DNA of 64,000 nucleotides from Candidatus Dormibacter sp. (GCA_039922495.1 JBDTEO010000015.1:844-64843), one strand, 5' to 3'; positions 54,632 to 64,000 are shown, counted from the stretch's first letter. Notes: generated by a model from the sequence alone, not told the origin. Numbers and translations: made by a program.

Positions 54632-56542
54632 GCGTATAAAACGAGGCCCGCCGACCAGGCATGCGAGATCGGCAGGACGGCGCCTTTCGGCCCAGAACCG
54701 CGGGTGTTGTAGTAGCGCTCGCTCACCATCCCTTTGCGCGCATTGAAGTCGCCATCTTCCCGGGCGATGAATTGCAGAAAGCAGGCGAGGTTGTCGTGCG
54801 TCCGCTCCAGGTAATAGTCGTCACCGGTGTGCGCGGCGAGACGCAGCATCTCCGGCAAACAGATCAGCCCGTAGCCATGAAGGTGTTGGTTGCGTGGCGA
54901 GGCCAGGTCGGCGCCACGGGATCTGAAGTCGTAGGTCTCGAGCATCGTATGGAGCGGAAACGCGATGTTGTAGGACCACCGAAACGTCATCATCCAGTCG
55001 GCGGCATGGCGCGCCAATTTGCAGCCAGCGATCCTCACCATTAGCCTCGAACAGCGTGACGTAGGCGATCACGGCGTTGTAGGCGTCCTCCGATGTTGGG
55101 GTGAGGTGGACATCCTCGGGCGCGCCATGGATGAAGTCGTCCTCCACGAAGCTGGCGTAATACGATGCGGCCAGCTCCACCGCGGCATTCACGTCAACAC
55201 CCTCGAGGAAGGCCGCACCCTCGAGCAGCGCGGGGATCCAGAGCAATCCGGCCGCGCCCTCCCATCCCTCGGCCAATCCCGTCTCGGCGTTGACGTAGGC
55301 GGGGAAGGCGCCACCCTGCTGCGACTGCAACGCATGGTGCAGGTTCGAGACGATCGCCGTCGTCCATCCCGGGTGGTCGTGGCCGCGGGCCTCCTCGAAA
55401 CGGACCGCCCGAATCATAAAAAGGGTCGCTTCCGCGACGGTGCGGGCGTGGACCCAATCGCGATGGCCGTTCCAGCCGCCCTCCCAGCCATCGGGCGACC
55501 ACTGGCCCCAGAAGAGACCGCTTGGGGAGACGCCCGAGCTGATCGTATCGAGCACGGTCACCGCCGCCTCGGCGTAGTCCCCGATCCCCTGGCTTCGTCC
55601 GTAGGTCAGGAGCGCGAACGCGCTCGGGGTACCGCTCAGCCACCCGACATGCATCGTATTCCGGTCGCCCGACGTGAGCGCCATCTCGTTGGTCGGGCGC
55701 TCGAAGGCGATGGCTTCGGCGAGGATCCGTTCGTCGGGACGGTAGTGCCAGCGGTAGAGACCCTCGGCGGTCAATGCCGCGGCTTCGTCGACCGTCATCC
55801 AGGGTCGCACCTCGTGCTGGTCCCGATCGATCGCGTAGATCATGCGCAGCACGGCATCGTAGGCGTGGGCGTCGGGCTCGCCGGCAAAAACCCGGAAGGT
55901 CAAGCTCGTGATCTCGCCGACCTGCCAGCGATGAAGCGCAATCTCGGGTGGCGCGGGCGCGTCGTGTCCCACGTAGGTCACCGGCTCTTCTCGCGCCGGC
56001 AAGTTCAACAGCACCGCCTGCTGACCCTCGGTCGTGAACCCGATGCCGTTCAGCCCGAGCGCCGAGTGTTCCTCGACCGCCAGGGCGACGCATTCGGTGT
56101 CGGTCCAACCCAGGACGACCGGGTGCGAGGCGCGGTCGGCACGAAACGACCAGTGGTTGGCGGTCAGGCTGTCACCTGTCTCCGGCTGCCGAGCAAATCG
56201 TGGGTAGCGGACGTCGCAGGCGAGCGGCCGGTTCTCGCCGTAGAAGACCCCCGGCACCAGGAAGCGGCGTGCGTCGCCGTCGAGGACGAGCGCCACCTGG
56301 ATGCCAAGACCTTCCGGGTGCGCCGCGAGCGAGACGAGGGAGACCTGCACCTCGAAGGCGCGGGTAAACCCGTCCGGTGCCGGGATCGGTTGCCAGCGGG
56401 TCGCGACCGTGAAGCCTTCGGCTCGTCCTTTGCTCGGGAGCGCAACGCGACGGCCGTGGGCATCGATCAGCCTGACCTCGAGGCGGTCGCGGAACTCGGG
56501 CAGCCCGAGGGTGTCCTGCCGCCGGTCGATTACGCGGAGCAT
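54601..56542 (-). pseudogene. six-hairpin (alpha/alpha)6 glycosidase-like protein interrupted by a single +1 frameshift in a T3/A3 run
   Basis: ORF 54821..56542 ends in nonsense after ...FEANGEDRWLQ. ORF 54601..55041 begins LARHAADWMMTFRWSYNIAFPLH in the +1 frame. Removing one T of the TTT run at 55018-55020 joins them into ...EDRWLQLARHAADWMM... Confidence 0.55.
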
Positions 56543-56657
56543 TCGAGCAGGGTTACCTCGCTCATCTCCTGTTCTAATGCGGAAATTCTTGATCTCATGC
56601 GCCCAAACGGGGTCTCGAGTCCCGGGCCGTGTTGCCGTGGTAAGCTGCTGGCAGCAG

Positions 56658-57086
56658 ATGGCATACGCTCACAGCGAAACCCCGGAAGCGGTCCGCCAGG
56701 CCATCGGCCGGGCGATCCGGCATCATCGCGATGATCTGGGCCAGACGCTGACCGAGGTTGCCGGGGCGGCGGCCATCTCGCCGGCCTACGTCTCCGAGAT
56801 CGAGCGGGGCCTGAAGGATGTCTCGACCGAGAAGCTGGTCGCCATCGCGCGCGCGCTCGACATTTCCGTTGCCGACCTCTACCTCGACGTGGCCCGCCGG
56901 CTCGGCAGCACCGAGGCGCTCCGGCAGCGAGGCAGCTGGCCGGGTGATCCTCGAGCGCAATTGCGGGTCGCCACCGCCTCGCTTCGGCCCACCGCGCTAC
57001 GCAGCGTGGCCGATTTCAGTCTCTACCTGGCGGCGACCCAGGCGACGCCCACAAAACGCCGGATTGGATTTACCATTGATGGCTAG
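56658..57086 (+). CDS. XRE-family (Cro/C1-type HTH) regulator, ClgR-like by position upstream of clpP
   Basis: [28 protein letters not shown]; 19 bp upstream of clpP. Confidence 0.7.
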   Translation: MAYAHSETPEAVRQAIGRAIRHHRDDLGQTLTEVAGAAAISPAYVSEIERGLKDVSTEKLVAIARALDISVADLYLDVARRLGSTEALRQRGSWPGDPRAQLRVATASLRPTALRSVADFSLYLAATQATPTKRRIGFTIDG

Positions 57087-57105
57087 CTCAAGGAGGACTC
57101 GAACC

Positions 57106-57753
57106 ATGGCACTCGTTCCCCACGTTGTCGAGACGACGTCCCGCGGTGAGCGGGCCTATGACATCTATTCGCGTTTGCTCCGGGATCGCATCATCTTCCT
57201 CGGGATGCCGATCGACGACGATGTCGCGAACGTCGTGATCGCCCAGTTGCTCTTTCTGGACAGCGAGGATCACGACAAGGAAATCAGCATCTACATCAAC
57301 AGCCCGGGTGGCTCGCTGAGCGCCGGCCTGGCGATCTACGACACCATGCGCTACGTGCATCCAACCGTCAGCACGCTCTGCACCGGCATGGCGGCGAGCG
57401 CGGCCTCGCTGATCCTCTGCGGCGGTGCGCCGGGCAAGCGCAACTCGCTGCCCCACTGCCAGATCGTCCTGCACCAGCCGAGCGGCGGCATGCAGACCTC
57501 GCAGGCGACCGATATCGAGATCCACGCCCGCGAGATCCTCCGCATGCGCGAGATCGTGGTGGAGATCTACGCTCGGCACACCGGCCGCCCGGCAGAGCAG
57601 GTCCAGCGCGACATCGAGCGCGATTTCTTCATGACGCCCGAGCAGGCCAAAGACTACGGTCTGATCGACGGCATCATCCCGCCATCAGAGAAGACCGCGG
57701 CCACAGGCTACTCGCCCAACGGCCACGGCGCCCTGAATCCGAAAAGTACATAG
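57106..57753 (+). CDS. clpP: ATP-dependent Clp protease proteolytic subunit
   Basis: Catalytic triad context [11 protein letters not shown] (Ser), HQP (His), Asp in D...; RBS AAGGAGGA upstream. Confidence 0.9.
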   Translation: MALVPHVVETTSRGERAYDIYSRLLRDRIIFLGMPIDDDVANVVIAQLLFLDSEDHDKEISIYINSPGGSLSAGLAIYDTMRYVHPTVSTLCTGMAASAASLILCGGAPGKRNSLPHCQIVLHQPSGGMQTSQATDIEIHAREILRMREIVVEIYARHTGRPAEQVQRDIERDFFMTPEQAKDYGLIDGIIPPSEKTAATGYSPNGHGALNPKST

Positions 57754-58037
57754 CCTGGAAGTCGATTAACCGCCGCTCTCCCGCCCCCCGTAATCGATAG
57801 ACGGATCCCGTCGGGCACGTCTGCCATCGCGAACCTCATCCAGGCGCAGCATTCCGCTTCACGCCGGACCAATTCGGCCAGCGACTCCCGCAGACCTGGG
57901 ACGACGGTGAAGGTGAGGCCAATACCGCCGGGCACGGCCTCGGACGCCGCGACATGGCGTCCAACCTTGAGCCACGCGCTCCGCCGATCCCGCAGGCCGG
58001 TAGCGCTCAGGGTGCAGGTGATATCTTGCACGGTCAC
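57708..58037 (-). CDS. hypothetical small protein with E-x-E-C-C-x-W motif, divergent from MerR-family gene
   Basis: 109 aa; conserved-looking [10 protein letters not shown]; overlaps the clpP 3-prime end by 45 bp (convergent). Confidence 0.35.
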   Translation of the reverse strand: MTVQDITCTLSATGLRDRRSAWLKVGRHVAASEAVPGGIGLTFTVVPGLRESLAELVRREAECCAWMRFAMADVPDGIRLSITGGGRAAVNRLPGYVLFGFRAPWPLGE

Positions 58038-58072
58038 GAGCCTCGCACTTCAAGTAGACTTGAACTCAAGCG

Positions 58073-58531
58073 GTGAATACAAACTCCGCCCTTTTGAGTA
58101 TTGGCGATCTCGCTGCCGCGGGCGGCCTCGCCGCCTCAGCCATCCGGTATTACGAAGCCGCCGGCCTCCTTCCCAAAGCCCGCCGGATCAGTGGCAAGCG
58201 CTTCTACAACGCCGAGACGGTCGATCGCCTGATGTTGATCCGCTTCTGTGCCCGCCTGGGAATCAGTCTCGAGGACGTCCGCAAGCTCCTCGCTATTTCC
58301 CGAACTGACCGCGCCAGGGAGCACTGGCGCCGGCTTGTCGACAGCCAGCTCGAGGAGATCACCGCACTGATCTCGGCGGCCCAGGGCGTCGAGCGCGTCC
58401 TGCTGGAGAGCCGCGACTGCGACTGCGTGACCCCGGCGACCTGCCGCTTCCTCTTCGAGGAGCGTCACAAGCCGCCGCCGACGCGCCGGCGCCTCGGCTT
58501 GCACGATGCCCTGAAGGCCGAACTGGTCTAG
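58073..58531 (+). CDS. MerR-family transcriptional regulator
   Basis: LSIGDLAAAGGLAASAIRYYEAAGLL HTH; coiled-coil dimerisation region; C-terminal CDCVTPATC Cys cluster. Confidence 0.75.
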   Translation: MNTNSALLSIGDLAAAGGLAASAIRYYEAAGLLPKARRISGKRFYNAETVDRLMLIRFCARLGISLEDVRKLLAISRTDRAREHWRRLVDSQLEEITALISAAQGVERVLLESRDCDCVTPATCRFLFEERHKPPPTRRRLGLHDALKAELV

Positions 58532-59682
58532 GCCGCGGTCGCTTTCGGAAAAAGCAGCCGGACCAGCACGGTCGAGGCGGCGATGGTCAGGATGACCGCG
58601 GACACGATGCCGGTGAAGAACGACCGCGGAATGATCCCGGCGCCGAGACCGATCGCGGCCAGGACAAAGCTGAACTCCCCAATCTGCCCGAGGCCGATCG
58701 CAATTTGCCAGCGGCGTTCGGGAAGTCGGGCGAGCGTCGCGAGTCCGTAAACGACCAGGACCTTTGTGATCACCACGAGGATCAGCAGAAAGGCCAGCCA
58801 CGGTAGGGCGCTGGGCAGCGAATACGGATCGACCAAGGCGCCGATGGCCACGAAGAACAGGACGGCGAAAACATCCCGGAACGGCAGGAGTCGCCGCCGC
58901 GCTTCGGCGGACTGCGGGCTCTCGGTGATGGCGAGACCGGCGATAAACGCGGCCAGTGCCAGCGGGACTCCGAACACAAATGACCCGAGACCCGCCAGGA
59001 CGAGACCGCTGGCCACCGACACAATCAGGAACAGGTCGTGTTCCGCATGCAGCGAGCGAAGGATCCAGGACACCGCGAAGGCCGAAGCGATCGCGAGCGT
59101 GATGAAGGCGGCCGCCAGCAGAAAAGCGGCCCAGCCCGAGCGCGCCTGTAACCCGCTCAACACGATCAAGGCGAGCGCGGCGATCACGCCAACCATGTCC
59201 TGGAGGACGCTCCATCCGAGCAGCACCTCGTCCGTCGCGCGGTCGGTGGTCCGCCGCCGGCTGCGGGTGATATTCACGACGACCACACTCGACGACATCG
59301 CGACGCAGATGCCGGCCAGGAGCGCCCCCGTGGCCGGGAGGCCGACCCAGCGCGTCGCGGCGGCGGCCAGCGCGGCGGTCACCAGCACCTGCACGGGTGC
59401 GATGAGCAGCAGGCGGCGTCGTTCCCGGCCGAGCCGCAGCGGGTCGATCTGGATTCCCACTTCGAAGAGCAAGAGCACCACGCCCACGTTCGCGAGGACT
59501 TCTAGTTCGTGCCGGTCGACCACGTAGCCCGGGGTGAAGGGCGACACCGCCAGGCCGGTGGCGAGGTATCCGAGGACGGCCGGTAGTCCCAGGCGGCGCG
59601 CCACCCAGCCGGCCATCGCCGCGAGCAGCAGCACGAACCCGATCTCGAAAACGGTGTGCGCGACCGGTTCCATGCCCACCAA
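58528..59682 (-). CDS. cation:proton antiporter (CPA2/Kef-type membrane domain, no KTN domain)
   Basis: 12-13 TM; Na_H_Exchanger-like helices. The long overlapping ORF 58136..59788 is an off-frame artefact. Confidence 0.75.
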   Translation of the reverse strand: MVGMEPVAHTVFEIGFVLLLAAMAGWVARRLGLPAVLGYLATGLAVSPFTPGYVVDRHELEVLANVGVVLLLFEVGIQIDPLRLGRERRRLLLIAPVQVLVTAALAAAATRWVGLPATGALLAGICVAMSSSVVVVNITRSRRRTTDRATDEVLLGWSVLQDMVGVIAALALIVLSGLQARSGWAAFLLAAAFITLAIASAFAVSWILRSLHAEHDLFLIVSVASGLVLAGLGSFVFGVPLALAAFIAGLAITESPQSAEARRRLLPFRDVFAVLFFVAIGALVDPYSLPSALPWLAFLLILVVITKVLVVYGLATLARLPERRWQIAIGLGQIGEFSFVLAAIGLGAGIIPRSFFTGIVSAVILTIAASTVLVRLLFPKATAA

Positions 59683-59753
59683 CTCTACGGGGCGATCGGG
59701 ACTCTATACGCCGCCGAGTTCGGCTAAGCGAGCCGCCCTCTATCCTCGTCACT

Positions 59754-61346
59754 ATGCCGCTGACCGACTGGTGGCGTGAAGGCGTCATCTACCAGGTTTA
59801 TCCTGCGTCCTTTCAAGACGCCAATGGCGACGGCGTCGGCGATCTTCGCGGGGTGATCCAACGCCTCGACTACCTGCGCTGGCTCGGCGTCGATGCCATC
59901 TGGCTCAATCCGATCACCATCTCGCCCGACGCTGATATGGGCTACGACGTCGCCGACTATTGCGATGTCCAGCCGCGCTTCGGCGATCTCGCCGCCGTCG
60001 ATGAGCTGATTCGCGAGGCGACCCGGCGGGACATCAAGGTCGTCCTCGATATCGTGCCGAACCATTCAAGTGACCAGCATCCTTGGTTTCTCGACTCGCG
60101 ATCCTCGAGGACCGCGGCGCATCGCGACTGGTATGTCTGGGCCGACCCGAAACCCGACGGCGGTCCACCGAACAACTGGCTGAGCGTCTTCGGCGGTCCC
60201 GCCTGGACCCTCGATGCGCGCACCGGCCAGTACTACCTCCATAACTTCCTTCCGCAGCAACCGGACCTCAACTGGTGGAACCCGCACGTACGCGACGCGT
60301 TCGATGCCATCTATCGCTTCTGGTTCGACCGCGGCGTGGCTGGGTTTCGCATCGATGTCGCCCATGGCATCGTCAAGGACCGCGAGCTCCGGGACAACCC
60401 GGTGGCGACCCCGCAGGACCCCGCGCACGTCCGGGCGCATGGCCAGCGCACCGTGTACAACATGGAGCGTCCCGAGGTGCACGATGTCCTACGGCGATGG
60501 CGAACGCTCGCCAACAGCTACACGCCGCCGCGAATCTTGCTGGGCGAGACCTATGTGCTCGACGTGCGGACTATGGGCCTCTACTACGGCAAAGGCGACG
60601 AACTCCACCTGGCCTTCAACTTCTCCTACATCCACGCGCCCCTTGCAGCGGAGGCGCTGGCCGGGGTCGTCGACGAGAGCGAGGCGGTCATCCCCGAAAC
60701 CGGCTGGCCGGTCTGGACCGTGTCCAACCACGATGTCTCCCGGGTCATGACGCGCTGGGCGCAAGGCGATGAGCGCAAGCTCCGCTGCGGCCTGCTGAGC
60801 CTGCTCACCCTGCGCGGCACGCCCGTCCTCTATTACGGTGACGAGATCGGCATGCCGGACACGCCGATTGCCCGCGAGGAGATGCGTGACCCGCTCGGCA
60901 TCCGCCACTGGCCGGAACCACGGGGGCGCGACCCCGAGCGCACGCCGATGCAATGGGAGGACCTGCCGGGCGCGGGCTTCACGACGCCCGGGGTGCGCCC
61001 CTGGCTCCCGATCGGTGATTCGCGCCGGACGAACGTCACCGGCCAGCGCAATGACCGCGCCTCGTTGCTGCACTTCGTGCGCGACCTGATCGCGTTCCGC
61101 CGTAGCCAGCCGGACCTCGCCTCGGGTGCCTACCAGCGACTTCCGGCACCAGCGAGCGCCTGGGCGTACCAGCGTGGCACCGGGACGATCGTCGCCATCA
61201 ATCTGTCGAACGCGCGGCTCACATTCCCAAGCTTGGTCGCGACGGTCCGTTTCTCCACGGCCGGCGGCCTGGTCGACGGCGGGACCCAGCGTGCGTTGCA
61301 GCTCGAGCCCTGGGAGGGCGTCATATGTTCCTCGGCCTCGACCTAG
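59754..61346 (+). CDS. GH13 alpha-glucosidase (oligo-1,6-glucosidase / trehalose-6-P hydrolase-like)
   Basis: WWREGVIYQVYPASFQDANGDGVGDL...; GFRIDVAH (nucleophile Asp); NHD. Confidence 0.85.
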   Translation: MPLTDWWREGVIYQVYPASFQDANGDGVGDLRGVIQRLDYLRWLGVDAIWLNPITISPDADMGYDVADYCDVQPRFGDLAAVDELIREATRRDIKVVLDIVPNHSSDQHPWFLDSRSSRTAAHRDWYVWADPKPDGGPPNNWLSVFGGPAWTLDARTGQYYLHNFLPQQPDLNWWNPHVRDAFDAIYRFWFDRGVAGFRIDVAHGIVKDRELRDNPVATPQDPAHVRAHGQRTVYNMERPEVHDVLRRWRTLANSYTPPRILLGETYVLDVRTMGLYYGKGDELHLAFNFSYIHAPLAAEALAGVVDESEAVIPETGWPVWTVSNHDVSRVMTRWAQGDERKLRCGLLSLLTLRGTPVLYYGDEIGMPDTPIAREEMRDPLGIRHWPEPRGRDPERTPMQWEDLPGAGFTTPGVRPWLPIGDSRRTNVTGQRNDRASLLHFVRDLIAFRRSQPDLASGAYQRLPAPASAWAYQRGTGTIVAINLSNARLTFPSLVATVRFSTAGGLVDGGTQRALQLEPWEGVICSSAST

Positions 61347-62770
61347 GCACCAGTTCCGTCAAGGCGCTCCTCCTCGATGTCGACGGCTCGGCCGTCGGCA
61401 CCGGCGCCTCGCCGTATCGGGTTCAGCATCCCCATCCGGGCTGGGCGGAGTCCAACCCTGGGGATTGGTGGGAAGCGGCGACGATCGCGGTTCGGGAGGC
61501 CGTCGGCAATCGGGGCGCGGACGTCGCGGCCGTGGGCCTTTGCGGACAGATGCACGGCGTCGTGCTCTGCCTGGACGGCGGCGAGCCTTTGCGACCGGCT
61601 ATCCTATGGGCCGACGCGCGGACCGGGAAGCAGCTCGACGCCTACCGGGAGCTGGGTCCGGGCCTGAAGCGCCAGCTGGCCAACCCGATCAGCACCGGCA
61701 TGGCCGGTCCGACCCTGCTCTGGGTCCGCGATCACGAGACCAGCCTGTACCGGCAGACGCGCTGGGCGCTGCAGCCAAAAGACTGGCTCCGACTCCGGCT
61801 CACCGGCGAGGTGGCCACCGACCCGAGCGATGCCTCGGCGACCTTGCTCTACGACCTGTCGAGTGATTACTGGGCAAAGGATGTCCTCGATGCCCTCGAC
61901 CTGCGCCTCGATTTCCTGGCGCCGATTCGCGAATCGAGCGAGATCTGCGGATTGGTCTCGGAGTCGGCGGCGGCAGGCTGGAGTATCCGCCCCAATGTTC
62001 CCGTGGTCGCCGGGGCGGCCGATACCGCGGCGGCCGCCCTGGCGAGCGGTGTGCTGGAACCCGGCACCGTCCAGTTGACGATTGGTACCGGGGGCCAGAT
62101 CGTCGCGCCGCGTGCCCGAGTCGCGATCGATCCAACGGCGCGCACGCATCTGTATCGCGCCGCGGCGCCCGAACGCTGGTACGCGATGGCCGCGATTCTG
62201 AATGCCGGGCTGGCGCTCGAGTGGGTCCTTGCAATCCTCGGGGCAGCCTGGGACGACCTCTATCGTGAGGCATTTGCGGTGCCAGCCGGAAGCGAGGGCC
62301 TGACGTTCCTACCGTATCTGTCTGGCGAGCGAACCCCGCATTTCGACGCAACGGCGCGCGGTGCCTGGGTGGGCCTCCAAATCAGCCACGGACGTGGGCA
62401 CCTGTTGCGGGCCGCGCTCGAAGGGGTCGCCTTCGCGATGCGACAGGCGCTCGACGCGCTGACCGGCACCGGCATCAACGCCAACGGATTGCGCCTCGCG
62501 GGTGGCGGCACCACCGAACCGCGCTGGCGCCAGATGCTGGCGGACGTCCTGCAGCGCCCGCTCTACGCCGCGCTCCCGACGGCGGCGTCCGCCAAAGGCG
62601 CCGCGCTGCTGGCCGGCATCGGATTCGGCGCCTGGCCGGGTGCCGCGGGAGTCGCGCCACTGGCCGAGCCGGTCGAGTTGGTCGCATCACCGAACCCCGC
62701 CGATCCGTACCGCGATGCCTATCAGCGCTATCGCGAGCTCTACCTGCCTATCGCCGCCGCCGTATCCTGA
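61325..62770 (+). CDS. FGGY-family carbohydrate kinase (second xylulokinase-like paralog)
   Basis: MFLGLDLGTSSVKALL...GLCGQMHG. Overlaps the GH13 gene end by 22 nt. Confidence 0.85.
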   Translation: MFLGLDLGTSSVKALLLDVDGSAVGTGASPYRVQHPHPGWAESNPGDWWEAATIAVREAVGNRGADVAAVGLCGQMHGVVLCLDGGEPLRPAILWADARTGKQLDAYRELGPGLKRQLANPISTGMAGPTLLWVRDHETSLYRQTRWALQPKDWLRLRLTGEVATDPSDASATLLYDLSSDYWAKDVLDALDLRLDFLAPIRESSEICGLVSESAAAGWSIRPNVPVVAGAADTAAAALASGVLEPGTVQLTIGTGGQIVAPRARVAIDPTARTHLYRAAAPERWYAMAAILNAGLALEWVLAILGAAWDDLYREAFAVPAGSEGLTFLPYLSGERTPHFDATARGAWVGLQISHGRGHLLRAALEGVAFAMRQALDALTGTGINANGLRLAGGGTTEPRWRQMLADVLQRPLYAALPTAASAKGAALLAGIGFGAWPGAAGVAPLAEPVELVASPNPADPYRDAYQRYRELYLPIAAAVS

Positions 62771-63464
62771 CACCGGCGAGCAGGGCGACCCCGATGATGA
62801 TCGCGACTCCCAGGCCGAGCAGGAGCAGGGGATTGTTGCTGGCGTCTTGCGGCGCCCGCGTGACGACCTGGTGGGCCGCCGCGAACGTCCCAAGCGCCGT
62901 CGTCCGCGCGTCAATCGTCAGCAAGAGTTCCTGCACGGTGCTCTCCAGTGGCGTCCAGGTCTTGCCCTGGACGCGATAGATGGCATCCGGCTTGTGGGCG
63001 GGGTAGCGCATGTCGAGCAGCACCGGCGCGCGCAAGGGAACGGCGGGCTTCCCGCTCGGCACGAGGGTCGCCTCCATCAGGTAGACGTTGCCGTCCGTGA
63101 TGATGCCCTTCGGTGATGGGGGCTGCGGAGCGAGCGGCGTGATGCGGACCCGCACCGCGGTCTGGCCCGTGCTATCGGTAAAGGTTCCCGGGTTGAGGCT
63201 GATCGTGATCTGGCCGTCGTCGGTGAAGGCGCCGGCTGCGTCCGAAGACCCGTCGGTCAACGGAATGATCGTTTCGCCGCCGGTCGGTGGCTGATTCGTG
63301 CTGGCGAGATTGGGGGGTGGCGAGACCCATCGATACGGTGGTGGGGGCGTGTAGCCATCGAAGAAGGGCCGAGCCGCGCCGGTCGCGCCGCGCACGACGA
63401 TAAAGGCGATCGCCACGGCGACCAGGCCTACCCAGGGCGCGCCGCGGCCAGCGCGAGACCTCAC
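62748..63464 (-). CDS. extracytoplasmic protein with N-terminal signal/anchor and C-terminal TM plus RRRR tail (sorting-signal-like), translationally coupled to the CPBP protease
   Basis: GTG at 63464 overlaps the CPBP TGA stop (GTGA). C-terminus is NNPLLLLGLGVAIIIGVALLAGVRIRRRR. Confidence 0.45.
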   Translation of the reverse strand: MRSRAGRGAPWVGLVAVAIAFIVVRGATGAARPFFDGYTPPPPYRWVSPPPNLASTNQPPTGGETIIPLTDGSSDAAGAFTDDGQITISLNPGTFTDSTGQTAVRVRITPLAPQPPSPKGIITDGNVYLMEATLVPSGKPAVPLRAPVLLDMRYPAHKPDAIYRVQGKTWTPLESTVQELLLTIDARTTALGTFAAAHQVVTRAPQDASNNPLLLLGLGVAIIIGVALLAGVRIRRRR

Positions 63465-63976
63465 GTCAGGCTGACCAGGTCCATCAGCAGGTGCGCGATC
63501 CCGGACGCCCACAGGTCCCCGCGAATGGCTCGGAGCAAGCCGAGGTAGATCCCGGCCAGGACGACCAGGAACAGCGCGGGCCATCCGCTTACCGCATGGG
63601 CGAGCGTGAAGATCGCAGTCGATCCGCCGATCGCCAGCGGAAGTCCACCGGCACGTCGAAGGACGGCAAACAGGACGCCCCGAAAGGCCACTTCCTCGAC
63701 GATGACGGCGACCAGCAACCAGCCGGCGCTAGCAAACGAGAGGTGCGGCAGACGCGAGACCGGCGCGATCACCAGAACGCCGGCGCCGATGCCCAGGAGC
63801 AAGGAGCGCCAGGTGACCGACCGAATACCGGCTTCGGTCGGGGAGATGCCCGCGAGCCGCACCGCTACGATGCATGCCGCCAGCAATCCGAAATACGCGA
63901 GGCCGGCAACCAGCATCGCGGACCCCGGGCGTTGCCGGATAAAGAGATCGCGCAGTATGGGCACGCCGACAGCCAC
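63461..63976 (-). CDS. CPBP-family (CAAX/Abi) intramembrane metalloprotease
   Basis: EEVAFRG (ExxxR) and FTLAHA (FxxxH) motifs; multi-TM. Confidence 0.7.
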   Translation of the reverse strand: MAVGVPILRDLFIRQRPGSAMLVAGLAYFGLLAACIVAVRLAGISPTEAGIRSVTWRSLLLGIGAGVLVIAPVSRLPHLSFASAGWLLVAVIVEEVAFRGVLFAVLRRAGGLPLAIGGSTAIFTLAHAVSGWPALFLVVLAGIYLGLLRAIRGDLWASGIAHLLMDLVSLT

Positions 63977-64000
63977 GATTACCAGTCCAAGAAGGGGACG

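Noticed and set aside
54601-56542. Two independent genes (54601..55041 and 54821..56542) overlapping by 220 bp on the same strand.
   Set aside because: The upstream ORF ends in 65 aa of nonsense while the downstream ORF begins mid-domain. A single-base correction in a TTT run yields one continuous domain architecture.
1-64000. CRISPR arrays, IS elements/transposases, rRNA, prophage structural genes.
   Set aside because: The only tandem repeat is the coding 15-bp ASNEV repeat. No inverted-repeat-bounded transposase ORFs and no DDE or HTH-integrase motifs were seen in any six-frame ORF.

Overview
This is a high-GC (about 68-70%) bacterial chromosomal segment carrying about 70 protein-coding genes, two tRNAs (tRNA-Leu-TAA, tRNA-Pro-TGG) and one tRNA-Cys-like relic. 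No transposase, integrase, CRISPR array or rRNA was seen. The gene content suggests an actinobacterial or Chloroflexi-like organism: F420/LLM-type and PPOX-type enzymes, a ClgR-like regulator next to clpP, a hemC-hemD fusion, and ATGA/GTGA start-stop overlaps at many gene junctions.

Core blocks:
- OmpR-family two-component system (725..2670).
- APC permease, glutamine-synthetase-like enzyme and amidohydrolase operon (20512..24507).
- ECF sigma and anti-sigma pair with a DacB-type carboxypeptidase (32705..35683).
- Thiolase (39331..40524).
- Polyprenyl synthase, hemCD, hemB, cyclophilin, tatA, tatC, rph, rdgB and proline dehydrogenase operon (43305..51093).
- Sugar-utilisation cluster with two FGGY kinases, GH13 alpha-glucosidase, BNR protein and ClgR-clpP (51894..62770).

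The most unusual region is a cAMP-centred island (5822..13784):
- STAND-type adenylate cyclase (cyclase-NB-ARC-TPR).
- Curlin-like Q/N-ladder repeat secreted protein.
- Polytopic M50-like metalloprotease fused to two cNMP-binding domains.
- Translationally coupled zinc-ribbon protein.
- Nif11/NHLP-leader-like peptide ending in seven in-frame ASNEV repeats (15-bp tandem units).
- Convergent CRP-family regulator.

Other points:
- Several genes carry frameshifts: PadR, glpD (at least two), a six-hairpin glycosidase-like gene, and possibly a C6-run gene.
- Three genes have conserved N-termini encoded upstream of any ATG/GTG/TTG. Two of these sit in CTGA overlaps with the upstream stop codon.
- A five-fold internally repeated membrane protein.
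- Decayed low-GC DNA beside a D-armless tRNA-Cys-like relic and again downstream of tRNA-Pro.
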